Assembly (NCBI GenBank): GCA_964450845.1
Contig: CAYVGZ010000032.1
Span: 1-16,180 of the forward strand
DNA: 16,180 nucleotides
Origin: an uncultured Candidatus Bathyarchaeia archaeon
GTDB lineage: Archaea > Thermoproteota > Bathyarchaeia > Bathyarchaeales > Bathycorpusculaceae
Reading direction: 5' to 3'
The position numbers and the translations under genes are program-made. Numbering within the stretch: the first letter of the stretch is position 1; each line of letters starts with the position of its first letter. Positions 16,113 to 16,180 of this stretch are shown here, piece after piece. Under the pieces are notes generated by a model. It was given only the letters and a program-made list of their open reading frames with translations, was not told where the DNA came from and made no database searches.

Positions 16113-16126
16113 AAAAACTAGTTTTT
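16113..16126. terminator. Perfect 14-bp palindrome AAAAACTAGTTTTT at the tRNA 3' end, possible bidirectional oligo-T terminator
   Basis: Sequence read directly. It gives a T5 run on each strand between the converging tRNA and R-M transcripts. Confidence 0.4.
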
Positions 16127-16180
16127 GGTGCGGCCGCCGAGATTTGAACCCGGGTCGTCAGCGTGGCAGGCTGATGTCCT
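16126..16180 (-). tRNA. tRNA-Gly(GCC), 5' part outside the window, CCA encoded, no intron at 37/38
   Basis: Minus strand reads AGGACA-TCAGC-CTGCCAC-GCTGA-CGAC-CCGGG-TTCAAAT-CTCGG-CGGCCGC-A-CCA. Anticodon GCC at 16167-16165. Confidence 0.95.

Noticed and set aside
1-16180. CRISPR array, transposase, integrase or rRNA
   Set aside because: No regularly spaced repeats, no DDE or tyrosine-recombinase motifs and no rRNA-like sequence seen.

Overview
Archaeal chromosomal window, most consistent with Bathyarchaeia (taxonomy inferred from protein families, not proven). It is mostly housekeeping: a partial mtnA/eIF-2B-like gene, an endA-like splicing endonuclease subunit lacking two of three catalytic residues, hisS, a GNAT acetyltransferase, an overlapping NOP2/RsmB-NIP7 ribosome-biogenesis pair, a Na,K-ATPase-like (type IIC) P-type ATPase, a stand-alone EF-2-family GTPase with an atypical switch I (probable aEF-2p paralog), an Isf-AfpA flavoprotein pair, a two-gene LysO/DUF340 exporter and a partial tRNA-Gly(GCC). 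There are two accessory or defence-like blocks. The first (7510-8941) has an ASCH/EVE-like gene followed by a three-gene unit: unknown 87-aa protein, HicB-like, HicA-like. The second (13795-15980) is a type II restriction-modification pair next to the tRNA 3' end, whose methyltransferase carries an extra N-terminal domain resembling a B3/EcoRII-N DNA-binding pseudobarrel. These two blocks and the EF-2 paralog are the best candidates for new biology. All family calls come from motif recognition by eye; no searches were run.
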